Positions 43,836-53,262 of a DNA stretch of 64,000 nt are shown piece by piece. The stretch is from assembly GCA_963805305.1 (NCBI GenBank), contig CAWDTM010000008.1:50679-114678 (forward strand), written 5' to 3'. Both the position numbers and the translations under genes were made by a program. Each line of letters opens with the position of its first letter. The stretch's first letter is position 1. The notes below the pieces were generated by a model, which saw only the letters and a list, made by a program, of their open reading frames with translations, was not told the DNA's origin and did no database searches. This stretch comes from an uncultured Chloroflexia bacterium. GTDB taxonomy: Bacteria > Chloroflexota > Limnocylindria > QHBO01.

Positions 43836-43891
43836 GGGGTCACTCTACCCGTCGCCATCTCGCTTGGCCAGCCGAGCGCGGCCGATCACGC

Positions 43892-45619
43892 CTAGAAGCT
43901 GCCGCTCGCGCCTCCGCCACCCGCGCTCGAGCCACCGCTGAAGCTGCCTCCGCCTCCGCCGCCACTGCTCGACGCCGGCGGGCTGCCGATGCTTCCGAGT
44001 GCGCTGAGCATGCCCGACACGTCCGGGACCGGCGATCCCGAGAGGAGACCGCCGCCACCGCGGCTGACCAATGGGCCGCCACCCGCGTCGAAGGCGCCCG
44101 TGGTGGTGCCGAGCCAGGCCGGGTACCAGGCGGGGTACGAGGCCACGCCCGTGCTCGGCGCCGGCGTCCTGCCGGCGGCGCGGTCCTCGATGCTTCGCTC
44201 CAGGACGGCCGAGACCTCCGCGTGCAGGCCCAGGGCGATCCCCCACACCATGGCCTCGTCCGGGGTCGAGGCCAGGACTCTGACCGTCGCGTCGGCCGCG
44301 ACCTGCTCCATGGATCGGGCCTGCTCCAGGGTTTTGCGCAGGGTGCGGCGGTACGCCTTGAGCATCCCGTCGACCATGGCGCCGTTCGGGGTGCGCTGGG
44401 ACATCGCGCGGGCGAAGGCGAGCGTTGCCGCGCCACCGAGTCCGAGTGCGATCCCCAGGACCACGAGCCCGCTGCTCGGCAGCAGGAGGCCGGGGACGAA
44501 GGCCACGCCGCCGGCGAGCAGCTCCGCGCCCCCAACCGCCAGCCAGCGCAGAATGGCGCGCCGGGGACGCTCGTGGAACCAGCCGAGCCGGACGGCATCG
44601 GTCTCCAGGAGCGTGTGGAAGTCGCCGATCGCCGCATGAAGCCGGCCCAGGGCCTCACGGTCGAGGACTCTGAGCGGCCCACCCATCGCGGTCATCACCT
44701 CGAGCAGATACGCCTCGGGGTGCGGCAGTGGCTTGGGGCCCGCGGGCGCGGGTGCGATGACCTCGATCGACAGACCGCCCTTGTCGTCGACCACCGGTGC
44801 ATCGACGTCGTGGAACACGATGAATCCGTCGCTCGCCAGCTCCATGAGCGCCGTGGTGACGCTCCGCTGTCCCGAGGCGCCGTCGTGGACGACCGTGGCG
44901 AGCGGCGGCGTGAGGTCGGCCGGTGGGCCTGCCATCAGGACCGACGGCGAATCGAGGAAGAACGGGTCCCGGCCCTGCCGGCGCCACGCGAGGTAGACCA
45001 GGCCGATGGTGCCCAGCAGCGCGATCGGGGCTGCGCCGAGAGCCAGCAGCGCATCGACGACCCGCGCCCGCTCGAGGCGGGCCCGGCCGCCGGAGGTCAC
45101 CCCGTGGTCGACGGCGGCCACGGTGCTCAGCATCGCGGCGTCGAGGTCGCCCTGCGCGGCCGAGGGCACGAAGTCCGCGGCGATGATGGCCGCCAGCTGG
45201 TCCTCGTCGAGGTACGCGGACTTGAAGCCGGACCCCGCATACAGGCTCACCTTTCCGTGGACGAGGTCCGGCTGCAGGCCCAGGAGGATCACGAGCCCGT
45301 CGTCAAAGCCGCTGCGGCCGACGCCCCACTGGTCCATCAGCGCCCGTGCCGCTTGGAGATTGCTCGCCTCCGTGGCGGACGGGTCGACCTGGATGTAGAC
45401 CGCGATCTCGGCGCCGCTGCGCGTCTCGACCCGGTCGATCTCGGTCTCGAGGTGGGCGACCGTGTCGGGGTGCAGCGCCCCGGGCCCGTCGTAGACAGCC
45501 TGGCCCGGGTTCGGGCTGGGGAACGGAGGACCGGCGGCCGAGACGGGGAAGGCGAGCAGCAGGGCCGCGAGGGCGGCGAGCGGACCCGCGACGGCGGCGC
45601 TCGCGAGCAGGCGGCGCAT
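43892..45619 (-). CDS. TPM domain + DUF2207-like membrane protein with Gly-rich tail
   Basis: ATG 45619. Signal peptide, TPM motifs (EIAVY, WGVGRSGFDDGLVIL), W.RQGRDP, PP.DLTP, ends GGGSFSGGSSAGGGGASGSF. Confidence 0.85.
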   Translation of the reverse strand: MRRLLASAAVAGPLAALAALLLAFPVSAAGPPFPSPNPGQAVYDGPGALHPDTVAHLETEIDRVETRSGAEIAVYIQVDPSATEASNLQAARALMDQWGVGRSGFDDGLVILLGLQPDLVHGKVSLYAGSGFKSAYLDEDQLAAIIAADFVPSAAQGDLDAAMLSTVAAVDHGVTSGGRARLERARVVDALLALGAAPIALLGTIGLVYLAWRRQGRDPFFLDSPSVLMAGPPADLTPPLATVVHDGASGQRSVTTALMELASDGFIVFHDVDAPVVDDKGGLSIEVIAPAPAGPKPLPHPEAYLLEVMTAMGGPLRVLDREALGRLHAAIGDFHTLLETDAVRLGWFHERPRRAILRWLAVGGAELLAGGVAFVPGLLLPSSGLVVLGIALGLGGAATLAFARAMSQRTPNGAMVDGMLKAYRRTLRKTLEQARSMEQVAADATVRVLASTPDEAMVWGIALGLHAEVSAVLERSIEDRAAGRTPAPSTGVASYPAWYPAWLGTTTGAFDAGGGPLVSRGGGGLLSGSPVPDVSGMLSALGSIGSPPASSSGGGGGGSFSGGSSAGGGGASGSF

Positions 45620-45631
45620 GGGGGGAGGATA

Positions 45632-45650
45632 GTACCGGTTTGACCGGTAC
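45632..45650. promoter_or_regulatory. Perfect palindrome GTACCGGT-TTG-ACCGGTAC (candidate operator)
   Basis: Overlaps the minus-strand TACTAT -10 (45634-45629) of the TPM gene, in a divergent intergenic region. Confidence 0.45.
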
Positions 45651-45789
45651 GTCCCTCTCTGGCAGCCTGTGGTCGACCCACCGGGTCTGCTGTCGTGGTC
45701 CATCGGGCCACGCCCGAGGCCCGCGCGAGACGCGGAACCGCTCAACGCGGACCGTGCGCGGAGCCTGAAGAACCCGCTACCGGAGCCCC

Positions 45790-46332
45790 ATGTTGCGTAA
45801 CCCGAGAAGGGTGCTGGTCACCCTGCTCCCGGCGGCTGCCCTTGTGCTTGCCGTCTCCGTCGCCGCGGCGCACGCCCCAGATGCCGCGCGTCCGGCGATC
45901 GTCAACCCGACCCTCCCAACGCTCACCGCCACGCAGCTGCGCGGCGTCGCCGACGATGGCCTTGGGCCGCTCACGGCGAAGGCCGATGCGACCCCCGCAC
46001 CCGCGGCGCGCAAGGCCCCTGCGCCGACGCCGGTCCCGCGGCGTCCAAGCGTGACCGGCACCGCCTCCCATTACCCGGGCACCCGCAGCTTCATCGGCCG
46101 GGCGGCCGTGGCCCTTCCGGGACCGCTGGGGGGCAGGTACACCGGTGGCATCAGCGGGACCGTCACCGTCTGCGCGGACCGCTGTGCGACGCTCCCCGTG
46201 GTCGACTACTGCAACTGCTACTGGGGCACCTCCAGCCAGCGCGTCGCGGATCTCACGCCCGAGGCGTGGGCCCTGGTCAGCGATCTGCCGCTGTCGCGCG
46301 GCCTGGTCAAGGTGACCGTCATCCTCGGCTGA
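45790..46332 (+). CDS. Secreted double-psi beta-barrel (RlpA/expansin-like) protein
   Basis: Signal peptide, [29 protein letters not shown]. Confidence 0.7.
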   Translation: MLRNPRRVLVTLLPAAALVLAVSVAAAHAPDAARPAIVNPTLPTLTATQLRGVADDGLGPLTAKADATPAPAARKAPAPTPVPRRPSVTGTASHYPGTRSFIGRAAVALPGPLGGRYTGGISGTVTVCADRCATLPVVDYCNCYWGTSSQRVADLTPEAWALVSDLPLSRGLVKVTVILG

Positions 46333-46365
46333 CCTTCCGGAGCGACCGGTGGCCCGCGGGGCGGG

Positions 46366-46848
46366 TTACTGGCAGCTCACCACGACGCTGGCCGGATCAC
46401 CGCCCACGCCGGGTATCGACTGGTCGTAGGTGACCGTCTGTCCGCCGCCCACCTGCGGGGAGACGGAGGTCACCGCCCCCAGCTCCCGCCCAGCTGCATC
46501 CCGGGCCTCGAGGCGGCACTTGGCGCGGCCTGCCCTGGTGCCCTCGTTGCTCACCGCGACGGTCGCCACCAGGACACCCTGTGACTGCGGCTGGAATGAG
46601 ACGGTGCGGGCCGAGTACGGACCAATCCCCCGCATTGCCAGGCTGGCGGCGAGGGCCAGCAGGGCCACCCCCGCGACGATGGCCACCACGATCGTGCCGT
46701 GATACTGGCTCGCGGACGGCGTTGCCATTCCGGCCCGGTTGCAGACCTCGCAGATGGACGCGTCCGGTCCGATCTCCCTCCCGCACTTGTAGCAGCGCCG
46801 CGGGGCGCGCGGGTCGAGGGCGCCGGCATCGGGCCTGTGCGCCGTCAC
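46366..46848 (-). CDS. Zinc-ribbon membrane protein with Ig-like extracellular domain
   Basis: CYKC...CEVC, one TM helix, V.VSNEG-type Ig-like strand pattern. GTGA overlap with the upstream gene. Confidence 0.7.
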   Translation of the reverse strand: MTAHRPDAGALDPRAPRRCYKCGREIGPDASICEVCNRAGMATPSASQYHGTIVVAIVAGVALLALAASLAMRGIGPYSARTVSFQPQSQGVLVATVAVSNEGTRAGRAKCRLEARDAAGRELGAVTSVSPQVGGGQTVTYDQSIPGVGGDPASVVVSCQ

Positions 46849-47477
46849 GCGTGGCCCTCCGGCAGGCGCTCACCGGCCCGGATCGGCACCGGCAGCCAGT
46901 TCTCCTGCGGCGCCAGCGGACAGCTCCAGCGAACGTCGTACACGCACGAGGGGTGGTACGCGTAGTTGAAGTCCAGCACGAGCTCATCGCCTTCGGAGCC
47001 CAGGTCGGCGCCCTTCGCGGAGTCCCACAGATAGCGGCCGGCGCCGTACGTCTCCGTGCCGCTGGTAGCGTCGCGGAAGGGAACGAAGATCCCGCCGGCG
47101 TACTCGTTCATCCAGTACACCGCGAGGGTGCAGGGCGTGCCATCCACGACGAACCGCACCCATCCGATCCGCGTGTACGGGAAGGACAGCCCCTCCCCGG
47201 AGCGCGGCAGGTCGAGTGGGGGAGCGTCGGGGTCCGGCTCCAGGGACGCGGTGAAGCGCAGGGACGCGTCATGACGCCAGTAGGCGACGCCGCGGAACGT
47301 CCGTCGCTCGTCGGCGGGAACGGGAGAGGAGGGGTGCTCGCTGAAGAGGCGGTCGCGCGCGGCGCGATAGGCGACCAGGCGCATCGGCTCGGGTCGCTGG
47401 TCGGCTCGCAGCGTCTCGTGGATGGCGGCGACGCGGCGTCGCCAGTCGGCGAGGTCGAGGTACTCGGACATGGACAC
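46845..47477 (-). CDS. DUF1684 domain-containing protein
   Basis: FVPFRDATSGTETYGAGRYL, LDFNYAYHPSCVY..CPLAP.EN.L..IRAGE. Confidence 0.92.
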   Translation of the reverse strand: MSMSEYLDLADWRRRVAAIHETLRADQRPEPMRLVAYRAARDRLFSEHPSSPVPADERRTFRGVAYWRHDASLRFTASLEPDPDAPPLDLPRSGEGLSFPYTRIGWVRFVVDGTPCTLAVYWMNEYAGGIFVPFRDATSGTETYGAGRYLWDSAKGADLGSEGDELVLDFNYAYHPSCVYDVRWSCPLAPQENWLPVPIRAGERLPEGHA

Positions 47478-47493
47478 CCGAGAGGATAGACGG

Positions 47494-47517
47494 CGGGCGC
47501 CCCGCGTGGGGCGCCCG
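47494..47517 (-). terminator. Hairpin downstream of the substrate-binding protein gene
   Basis: CGGGCGCCCC-GCGT-GGGGCGCCCG 10-bp stem; weak U tract. Confidence 0.5.
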
Positions 47518-47544
47518 TCATCGGCTGCTGCGGGAAGGCCCCGC

Positions 47545-48495
47545 CTAGGTCAGGCCGTTGTCGGTCAGGAATCCCTTTGCGACGTCCTCGATCTTCTGCT
47601 TGTCGACGTTGACCTTGACGCCCATCTGGGTCAGGGCGTCGGTCGTGAGCTTGGCCGAAACGGCGTTGAGGGTATCAGCCAGGTCGGACCCGCCGGCATC
47701 GGCGAGATCCTTGCGCAGGATCGGGATCATGTTGCCCGCCACCTGCGACTGCTGATCGTCCTCGAGGAGGACGAAGTTGAACCGCGCGATGTCCGGCTGC
47801 GTCGTGCACAGCTCGGCCACGTCGACGTTCTTGCTGTTGAGCGCCACCGCGATGTCCGCCGAGCACGGTGCCAGCTTGACCCACTGGAAGCCCGGAGCGG
47901 TGATGTCGATCCCGTACTTGGCCTTGAGGGCCTGCCCGCAGCCGGCGTTCGTGCCGCACTCGGGGGGCAGTCCCCACTTGAGCTGCGTGGCGACCTTGGC
48001 GGCGTCGCTCATCGTCTTGAGCGACAGTGAGCTGGCCGTCTCGGAGCGCACGGCGAACCCGTTCTGGTCGGTGCCCGGAGCGTAGTCCAGTGAGGTGAGG
48101 CCCAGCGGATCAAGGGCCGCATCGAGCGACGTCTTCGTCGTCGCCGGATCTCCGGTGGCGGTGGCCTTCAGCTCGGCCGCCTCGTAGCCCAGGTACTCGG
48201 GCATGAGGTTGATCTGGCCGCTCTTGAGGGCATCGTTGGTGAGGGTCCGCGCGCCCAGGTTGAACTTGCGGTCAACGGTGAAGCCCTTGGCCTCGAGGGC
48301 CTGTGCATAGATCTCGCCAACGAGGGCGGATTCGTAGAAGTCGGCGGAGCCGATGGTGACCTTCGGCATCTCCGCCATCTGTGACGCGGAGCTCATGGCC
48401 GATGGCGATGAGCTGCCGCCCCCTCCCGCCGTGCAGGCACCGACGATCAGCGCCAGCACCGACGCCCCGAGGGCGAGCATGCGGAATCTCCGCAT
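47545..48495 (-). CDS. Glycine betaine/osmoprotectant ABC transporter substrate-binding lipoprotein
   Basis: ATG 48495 after AAGGAGG. Lipobox VGAC, IGSADFYES..GEIYAQAL, PEYLG, LEDD. Confidence 0.9.
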   Translation of the reverse strand: MRRFRMLALGASVLALIVGACTAGGGGSSSPSAMSSASQMAEMPKVTIGSADFYESALVGEIYAQALEAKGFTVDRKFNLGARTLTNDALKSGQINLMPEYLGYEAAELKATATGDPATTKTSLDAALDPLGLTSLDYAPGTDQNGFAVRSETASSLSLKTMSDAAKVATQLKWGLPPECGTNAGCGQALKAKYGIDITAPGFQWVKLAPCSADIAVALNSKNVDVAELCTTQPDIARFNFVLLEDDQQSQVAGNMIPILRKDLADAGGSDLADTLNAVSAKLTTDALTQMGVKVNVDKQKIEDVAKGFLTDNGLT

Positions 48496-48554
48496 TGGGT
48501 CCTCCTTCTGGTGCGACGAGCTTGCCGCCACGTTCCGTGGCGGTTGAGTTCCGG

Positions 48555-48589
48555 AGTCTATCAGCCAACTCGTGACACTCCGATGACAG
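48555..48589 (-). promoter_or_regulatory. Internal promoter with OmpR-family-type direct repeat
   Basis: Minus strand CTGTCAT-CGGA-GTGTCAC (GTCAT-N6-GTCAC), 11 nt, then TAGACT. Confidence 0.5.
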
Positions 48590-48628
48590 GAATACGCCGA
48601 CCATTTCAGCCGGGTTCAGCTCGCGAGG

Positions 48629-49387
48629 CTAGACGTACGGTCCCCCGACCGGGGTCTGCGGCGAGTGGCGGTCGCCGCCCCCGGCCCGCGCCGGCGAGAG
48701 CGGATGGGTCCCGAGCCCGGGCGAAATCAGCCTTCGCTGCAGCCAGGCGAAGGTCAGCTCGGTGCCGATCGCGAGCATGCCGACCAGCACGGCGCCCATG
48801 AAGAGCTGCGCGTCATCCTGCTGTGCGATCCCGTCGATGATGAGCCTGCCGAGCCCGCCGGCCCCCAGCACCGCGGCCAGGGTGGCGGTCGCGACGATCT
48901 GCACCGCGGAGATGCGGAGGCCCGCGAGGATGGAGGGCAGCGCCAGCGGCACCTCGACCAGCCGGAGGAGCTGGAGCTCGCGCATCCCCATCCCTCGTCC
49001 CGCCTCGATGGCGTCCGGGTCGACCTCCCGGATGCCGGCGTAGGTGTTTGTCACGATGGGAGGAACCCCCAGGGCCACCAGGGCGACAACGGTGGGAATG
49101 AAGAAGAAGCCGATTGGCGGCCACCAGTTTGCGGTGATGGTCAGCACGATCCCGAGCAGGCCCAGCGTCGGCAGAGCGCGACCGATGTTCGAGACGCTGA
49201 TCGCCGCCAGGGCGCCGCGCCCGGTGTGGCCGATGGCGAGCCCCACCGGAAGCGCGATGAGGACGGAGAGCAGGAGTGACCCGCCGGAGAAGGCGAGGTG
49301 CTCCACGAGGCGGGGGAGCATGCCGTCGGCGCCGGTCCAGTGGGCCGGGACGGAGAGCCACTGCGCCAGCTCGCCGACGAGCTTCAT
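48629..49387 (-). CDS. Osmoprotectant ABC transporter permease
   Basis: ATG 49387 (ATGA overlap). NIGRALPT, NTYAG, EAGRGMGM..L..VEVPLALP EAA loop. Confidence 0.92.
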   Translation of the reverse strand: MKLVGELAQWLSVPAHWTGADGMLPRLVEHLAFSGGSLLLSVLIALPVGLAIGHTGRGALAAISVSNIGRALPTLGLLGIVLTITANWWPPIGFFFIPTVVALVALGVPPIVTNTYAGIREVDPDAIEAGRGMGMRELQLLRLVEVPLALPSILAGLRISAVQIVATATLAAVLGAGGLGRLIIDGIAQQDDAQLFMGAVLVGMLAIGTELTFAWLQRRLISPGLGTHPLSPARAGGGDRHSPQTPVGGPYV

Positions 49388-50052
49388 TCTGCGCTCCTGC
49401 GGGCCCGTGCCCATGGCGTCAGGCGTGCCTGGATTCCCAGGAGGCCCAGGTCCGCAAGGACCGCGAGCGCCACCGAAAGCAGCGACCCCACCCAGATGGC
49501 GGTGGGGAAGAAGCCCCGCAGACCGGTTACCACGATGAGGTACCCGAGGCCACCCTGGCCGATGAGGGCCGTGACCGTGACGAGGCCGACGGTGGTGACC
49601 GTCGCGATCCGGACTCCCGCCACGATGATCGGCACAGCGATGGGCAGCTCCACGCGCCATAGGAGCTGATTCCGGGTGTAGCCCATGCCCGTCGCGGCCT
49701 CCACGACCTCGGGCGGAACGGACTCCAGCCCGAGCAGGATGTTGCGGATCAGGATCAGGAGCGTGTAGCTCGTCAGCGCGATCTCGGCCGTGAGGAAGCT
49801 GATCCCGGTGAACGGGATGAGGAAGGCGAAGAGTGCCAGGCTGGGTATGGCGTACAGCAGGCCGGTGACGCCGATGACTGCGGCGGCCGCGCGCCTGCGC
49901 CGACGGATGAAGAGCGCTGCCGCAAGGCTGATCGCGAAGCCGATGACGACCGCCGTGAGCGTCATGCCCACGTGCTGCAGCAGACGCTCGCCGATCAGGT
50001 CGAGGTTGTTGCCGATCCAGTCGAAGCGGATGAACGGCTCTCCGGGCGGCAT
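49384..50052 (-). CDS. Osmoprotectant ABC transporter permease
   Basis: YAIPSLAL, EAATGMGY...VELPIA, GGLG. Confidence 0.92.
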   Translation of the reverse strand: MPPGEPFIRFDWIGNNLDLIGERLLQHVGMTLTAVVIGFAISLAAALFIRRRRRAAAAVIGVTGLLYAIPSLALFAFLIPFTGISFLTAEIALTSYTLLILIRNILLGLESVPPEVVEAATGMGYTRNQLLWRVELPIAVPIIVAGVRIATVTTVGLVTVTALIGQGGLGYLIVVTGLRGFFPTAIWVGSLLSVALAVLADLGLLGIQARLTPWARARRSAE

Positions 50053-50056
50053 GGGC

Positions 50057-51208
50057 TCAGCTCGCGGCGGGCGGCGTCGCGCTGCGGAGCACGGCGCTGA
50101 TCTGGTCGACGCTCACCAGGCCCAGCACCCGGTCACGCTCGTCCACCACGACGCCCAGCTGAACGGAGGAGGCGAGCATGGCCGAGAGGGCGTCGCGCAG
50201 GGTCGTCTCTGGCTCGAGCAGGCTCGCGCCCGGCGTCGCGAGCCCGCGGTCGATGGCACCGTCGCCGGCCAGGTCGCTGCCGTCGATCCAGCCGATGGGC
50301 CGATCCTCCTCGTCCACGAGCAGCGCGAAATCGAGGGGCGCGGCGTCGACCGCCCGCACCGCGTCGCGGCTGCGATCCCCGGCGTGGACGATCACCGGCT
50401 CGAGGAGGGGGAGATCGCGGACGCGAGCCAGGGAGAGCCGCTTCAGTCCCCGATCCGCGCCGACGAAGCGCTCCACGAACTCGCTCGCCGGCTGCGCGAG
50501 GATGGTGTTGGGCGTGTCGTACTGAGCCAGGATCCCGCCGCGCTGGAGGATGGCGATGCGGTCCGCCATCTTGATCGCCTCGTCCACGTCGTGGGTCACG
50601 AAGACGATCGTCTTGCGGACCTTGGCCTGCAGGCGCAGGAACTCGTTCTGGAGCCGCTCGCGACGAATGGGGTCCACGGCGCCGAACGGCTCGTCCATGA
50701 GCATCACGGGGGGATCGGCCGCCAGGGCCCTCGCCACGCCCACGCGCTGGCGCTCGCCGCCGGAGAGCTCCGACGGGTATCGGTCGCGGTAGCTCGCCGG
50801 GTCGAGGCCAACCAGGTCGAGGAGCTCCTCGACCCGATCTCGCACCCGGCCGTCCGGCCAGCGGAGCAGGCGTGGCACCACCGCGGTGTTCTCGCCGACC
50901 GTCATGTGCGGGAAGAGCCCCACCTGCTGGATCACGTACCCGATCCGCCGTCGAAGCTCGACGGCGGGCAGGTCCATGATGTCGTCGCCGTCGATGGTGA
51001 TGGTCCCCGCGGTCGGATCCACGAGACGGTTGATCATCTTCATCGTGGTCGTCTTGCCGCACCCCGACGGGCCTACCAGGACGCACACCTCGCCCGCGGA
51101 GACCGCCAGCGTGAGCTCGGTCACGGCGGGGGTCGTGCCGTCCGGTCCGTACCGCTTCGTGACGTGGTCGAGGGCGACGACCGCGCCCGTCGTGGCGGTG
51201 CTGCTCAT
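50057..51208 (-). CDS. Osmoprotectant ABC transporter ATP-binding protein with CBS pair (OpuCA/OsmV-like)
   Basis: GPSGCGKTT, KMINRL, LSGGERQR, MDEPFGA, C-terminal CBS domains. Confidence 0.93.
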   Translation of the reverse strand: MSSTATTGAVVALDHVTKRYGPDGTTPAVTELTLAVSAGEVCVLVGPSGCGKTTTMKMINRLVDPTAGTITIDGDDIMDLPAVELRRRIGYVIQQVGLFPHMTVGENTAVVPRLLRWPDGRVRDRVEELLDLVGLDPASYRDRYPSELSGGERQRVGVARALAADPPVMLMDEPFGAVDPIRRERLQNEFLRLQAKVRKTIVFVTHDVDEAIKMADRIAILQRGGILAQYDTPNTILAQPASEFVERFVGADRGLKRLSLARVRDLPLLEPVIVHAGDRSRDAVRAVDAAPLDFALLVDEEDRPIGWIDGSDLAGDGAIDRGLATPGASLLEPETTLRDALSAMLASSVQLGVVVDERDRVLGLVSVDQISAVLRSATPPAAS

Positions 51209-53262
51209 GGAGCCGATGATACGGGCCCTGTCGCGGCACCCCGTGTCACGAGCCGGTAGATGGTGAGCGACGGGTTGCGGTAGACCGCTTCGAAGCCCGG
51301 CACCGCGCTGAACTCGACCGGGTCCGGGCAGGGCGACGGCCAGCCTCCCTCGATGAGGTACGTGGCATGCAGCGATCGCATGAGGCTTGCCGTCCCGGTC
51401 GGGCTTCCACCGCAGAAGATGGCCCTCACCTGCGCGGCGCGCTCATCCGGGGAGTAGCCCAGGTTGGCCACGTACGGCTGGAAGGTGAGGAGCCGCAGCC
51501 GCCCCGCCGGATCGGTGGGGGCGTTCAGCCAACCGTCGGTCGCAAAGACGGCGTCGTCGGGCGTGTTGGCCGCAATCCATTCGGACGCAGCGAGCTGGTC
51601 CGCGGAGAGCACCTGCTCGCGGTTGAGCGCGGTCCAGGCGCCCACCAGGAGTGGAGACGGAAGGCTCAGGGCGAGCACAACGGCCACCGCCGGCCACGGC
51701 CATCGGCGCAGGAGCCAGCCGGCGAGGAGGGCGACCGCGATCCACATCGCCTGGAAGTACTTGTTCATGTCGAAGGCGATGGTGCTGACCTGGACCACGT
51801 TCGGGATCACGAAGAGCACGATCACCCATCCTGCCAGGAACCAGCGCACGGGCGTCCGGCGCCAGAGGAGTGCGGCGGCGGCCAGCACCAGCGGCACGCC
51901 CAGGTTCGTCACGTAGAAGAAGGCCACGGCCCAGGGACCATCCGCGAACGGGGCGGACTCCCAGCCGGCGACCAGCTTGAGCGCCCCTGACCCGGTCGCC
52001 TGGAGGAGCGGCGCCACGGCGAAGGGCAGGCTGAGGAGGTACGGGGCCAGGAAGAGCAGCGCGTTGCGAGGCGTGGCTGCATCGGTCAGTCGTCCGGCGG
52101 TGACGACCCAGAGCAAGGCCAGGAGCAGGCCGGCGGGGAAGAAGAAGAAATGGAAGGGAGCCAGGAGGGCTCCCGTCAGTCCGGCCAGGGCGATCAGCAT
52201 CGGGCGGTCTCGCCAGCCGGCACGCCGCCGTCTCGCGGTCGGCAGGCCCGCCACGAGGAGGAGGACCATGGCCACCAGCATGGGCAGGCCGGCCATCGTG
52301 GCGCGGTGGACGAGGAGCCCGGTGCCCATCACGGACGGGATCCGGAAGTACGGCCAGGTGACCTGGCCCAGCGGGTCGAACCACGCGTTGTCGTAGCTGT
52401 GCGCGGTGACCAGGCTCAGCGGGTCACCCAGGCCGTTGGCCAGGTCCCCCACCAACCGGATCCAGCCGAACCCCCCGGCGAAGACCGCGATGCCCCCCGC
52501 GATGAACGCGGCGCGGCGCGCGCCACGGCCCCGGAGCAGGGTCCGGCCGAGCCCATGGACACACAGGACCAGCGAGCCTGCCAGGATCGCGGACGAGGTG
52601 ACGAAGACCGGGATCGCGAAGAGCCCGGCCGCGTTCGCGACGATCGCGTCGTGGAAGTCGGCGAACCAGTGGTAGACGAGCGGTTCGCCCGCGAAGTACG
52701 GCACCTGCGGCGGGAAGTTGCCGGCGTTCAGGCTCTGGGCGATGGAGAGATGGACGCCGAGGTCGCTCCAGTTCGAGCCGCCGCTGTCGACGCCCGCGGC
52801 GGTGACGTGCCACAGTCCGCTGGCGAGGACGAGGCCCACGAAGCTCCCGGCGACGAGCGCCAGGAGGAACGGCGCCGGTTCCCGGGCGAATGCGTTCCAG
52901 GCGCCACGGACGCTGTGCGCCAGGCCGCCGAACGGGCTGCCGCGCCAGGCCGCGACGGGGATGGGGGCCGCGAGAAGCACGGCGGCCACGAAGACCGTTG
53001 CGCGCGAGTAGCCGAACGGCAACGAGAGCCACCAGACGAGGTGGGTGCTCACCGCGACGGAGAGGATGACCGCCAGTCCCAGGCGCCCGGTCGCGGGGAT
53101 CCGCGGCAGCGCCAGCGCAACGATGCCCCACCCGGGCACGAGGTAGAGGAGCGGCCAGACGACGGGGATGGCCAGCGCGGGCTGGAGCCACGCTCCCCCC
53201 AGCGCGACGAGCACGACGATCCCGGCGATGCCCGCCGCGAGCGGGGAGCCTGGGCGGCTCAC
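51205..53262 (-). CDS. Polytopic membrane protein, putative GT-C fold glycosyltransferase (DUF2298-like)
   Basis: 685 aa, more than 13 TM. NWSDLGVH...NFPPQVPYFAGEPLVYHWF loop; C-terminal WIAANTPDDAVF domain. Confidence 0.7.
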   Translation of the reverse strand: MSRPGSPLAAGIAGIVVLVALGGAWLQPALAIPVVWPLLYLVPGWGIVALALPRIPATGRLGLAVILSVAVSTHLVWWLSLPFGYSRATVFVAAVLLAAPIPVAAWRGSPFGGLAHSVRGAWNAFAREPAPFLLALVAGSFVGLVLASGLWHVTAAGVDSGGSNWSDLGVHLSIAQSLNAGNFPPQVPYFAGEPLVYHWFADFHDAIVANAAGLFAIPVFVTSSAILAGSLVLCVHGLGRTLLRGRGARRAAFIAGGIAVFAGGFGWIRLVGDLANGLGDPLSLVTAHSYDNAWFDPLGQVTWPYFRIPSVMGTGLLVHRATMAGLPMLVAMVLLLVAGLPTARRRRAGWRDRPMLIALAGLTGALLAPFHFFFFPAGLLLALLWVVTAGRLTDAATPRNALLFLAPYLLSLPFAVAPLLQATGSGALKLVAGWESAPFADGPWAVAFFYVTNLGVPLVLAAAALLWRRTPVRWFLAGWVIVLFVIPNVVQVSTIAFDMNKYFQAMWIAVALLAGWLLRRWPWPAVAVVLALSLPSPLLVGAWTALNREQVLSADQLAASEWIAANTPDDAVFATDGWLNAPTDPAGRLRLLTFQPYVANLGYSPDERAAQVRAIFCGGSPTGTASLMRSLHATYLIEGGWPSPCPDPVEFSAVPGFEAVYRNPSLTIYRLVTRGAATGPVSSAP

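Noticed and set aside
45700-45790. c-di-AMP (ydaO) riboswitch upstream of the DPBB cell-wall-type gene
   Set aside because: Only fragments resemble it (GGAACCG, GAACCCG); the GGGGA/GGGGTGAAT and GTCAGCTAAC cores are missing. A cmscan would settle it.
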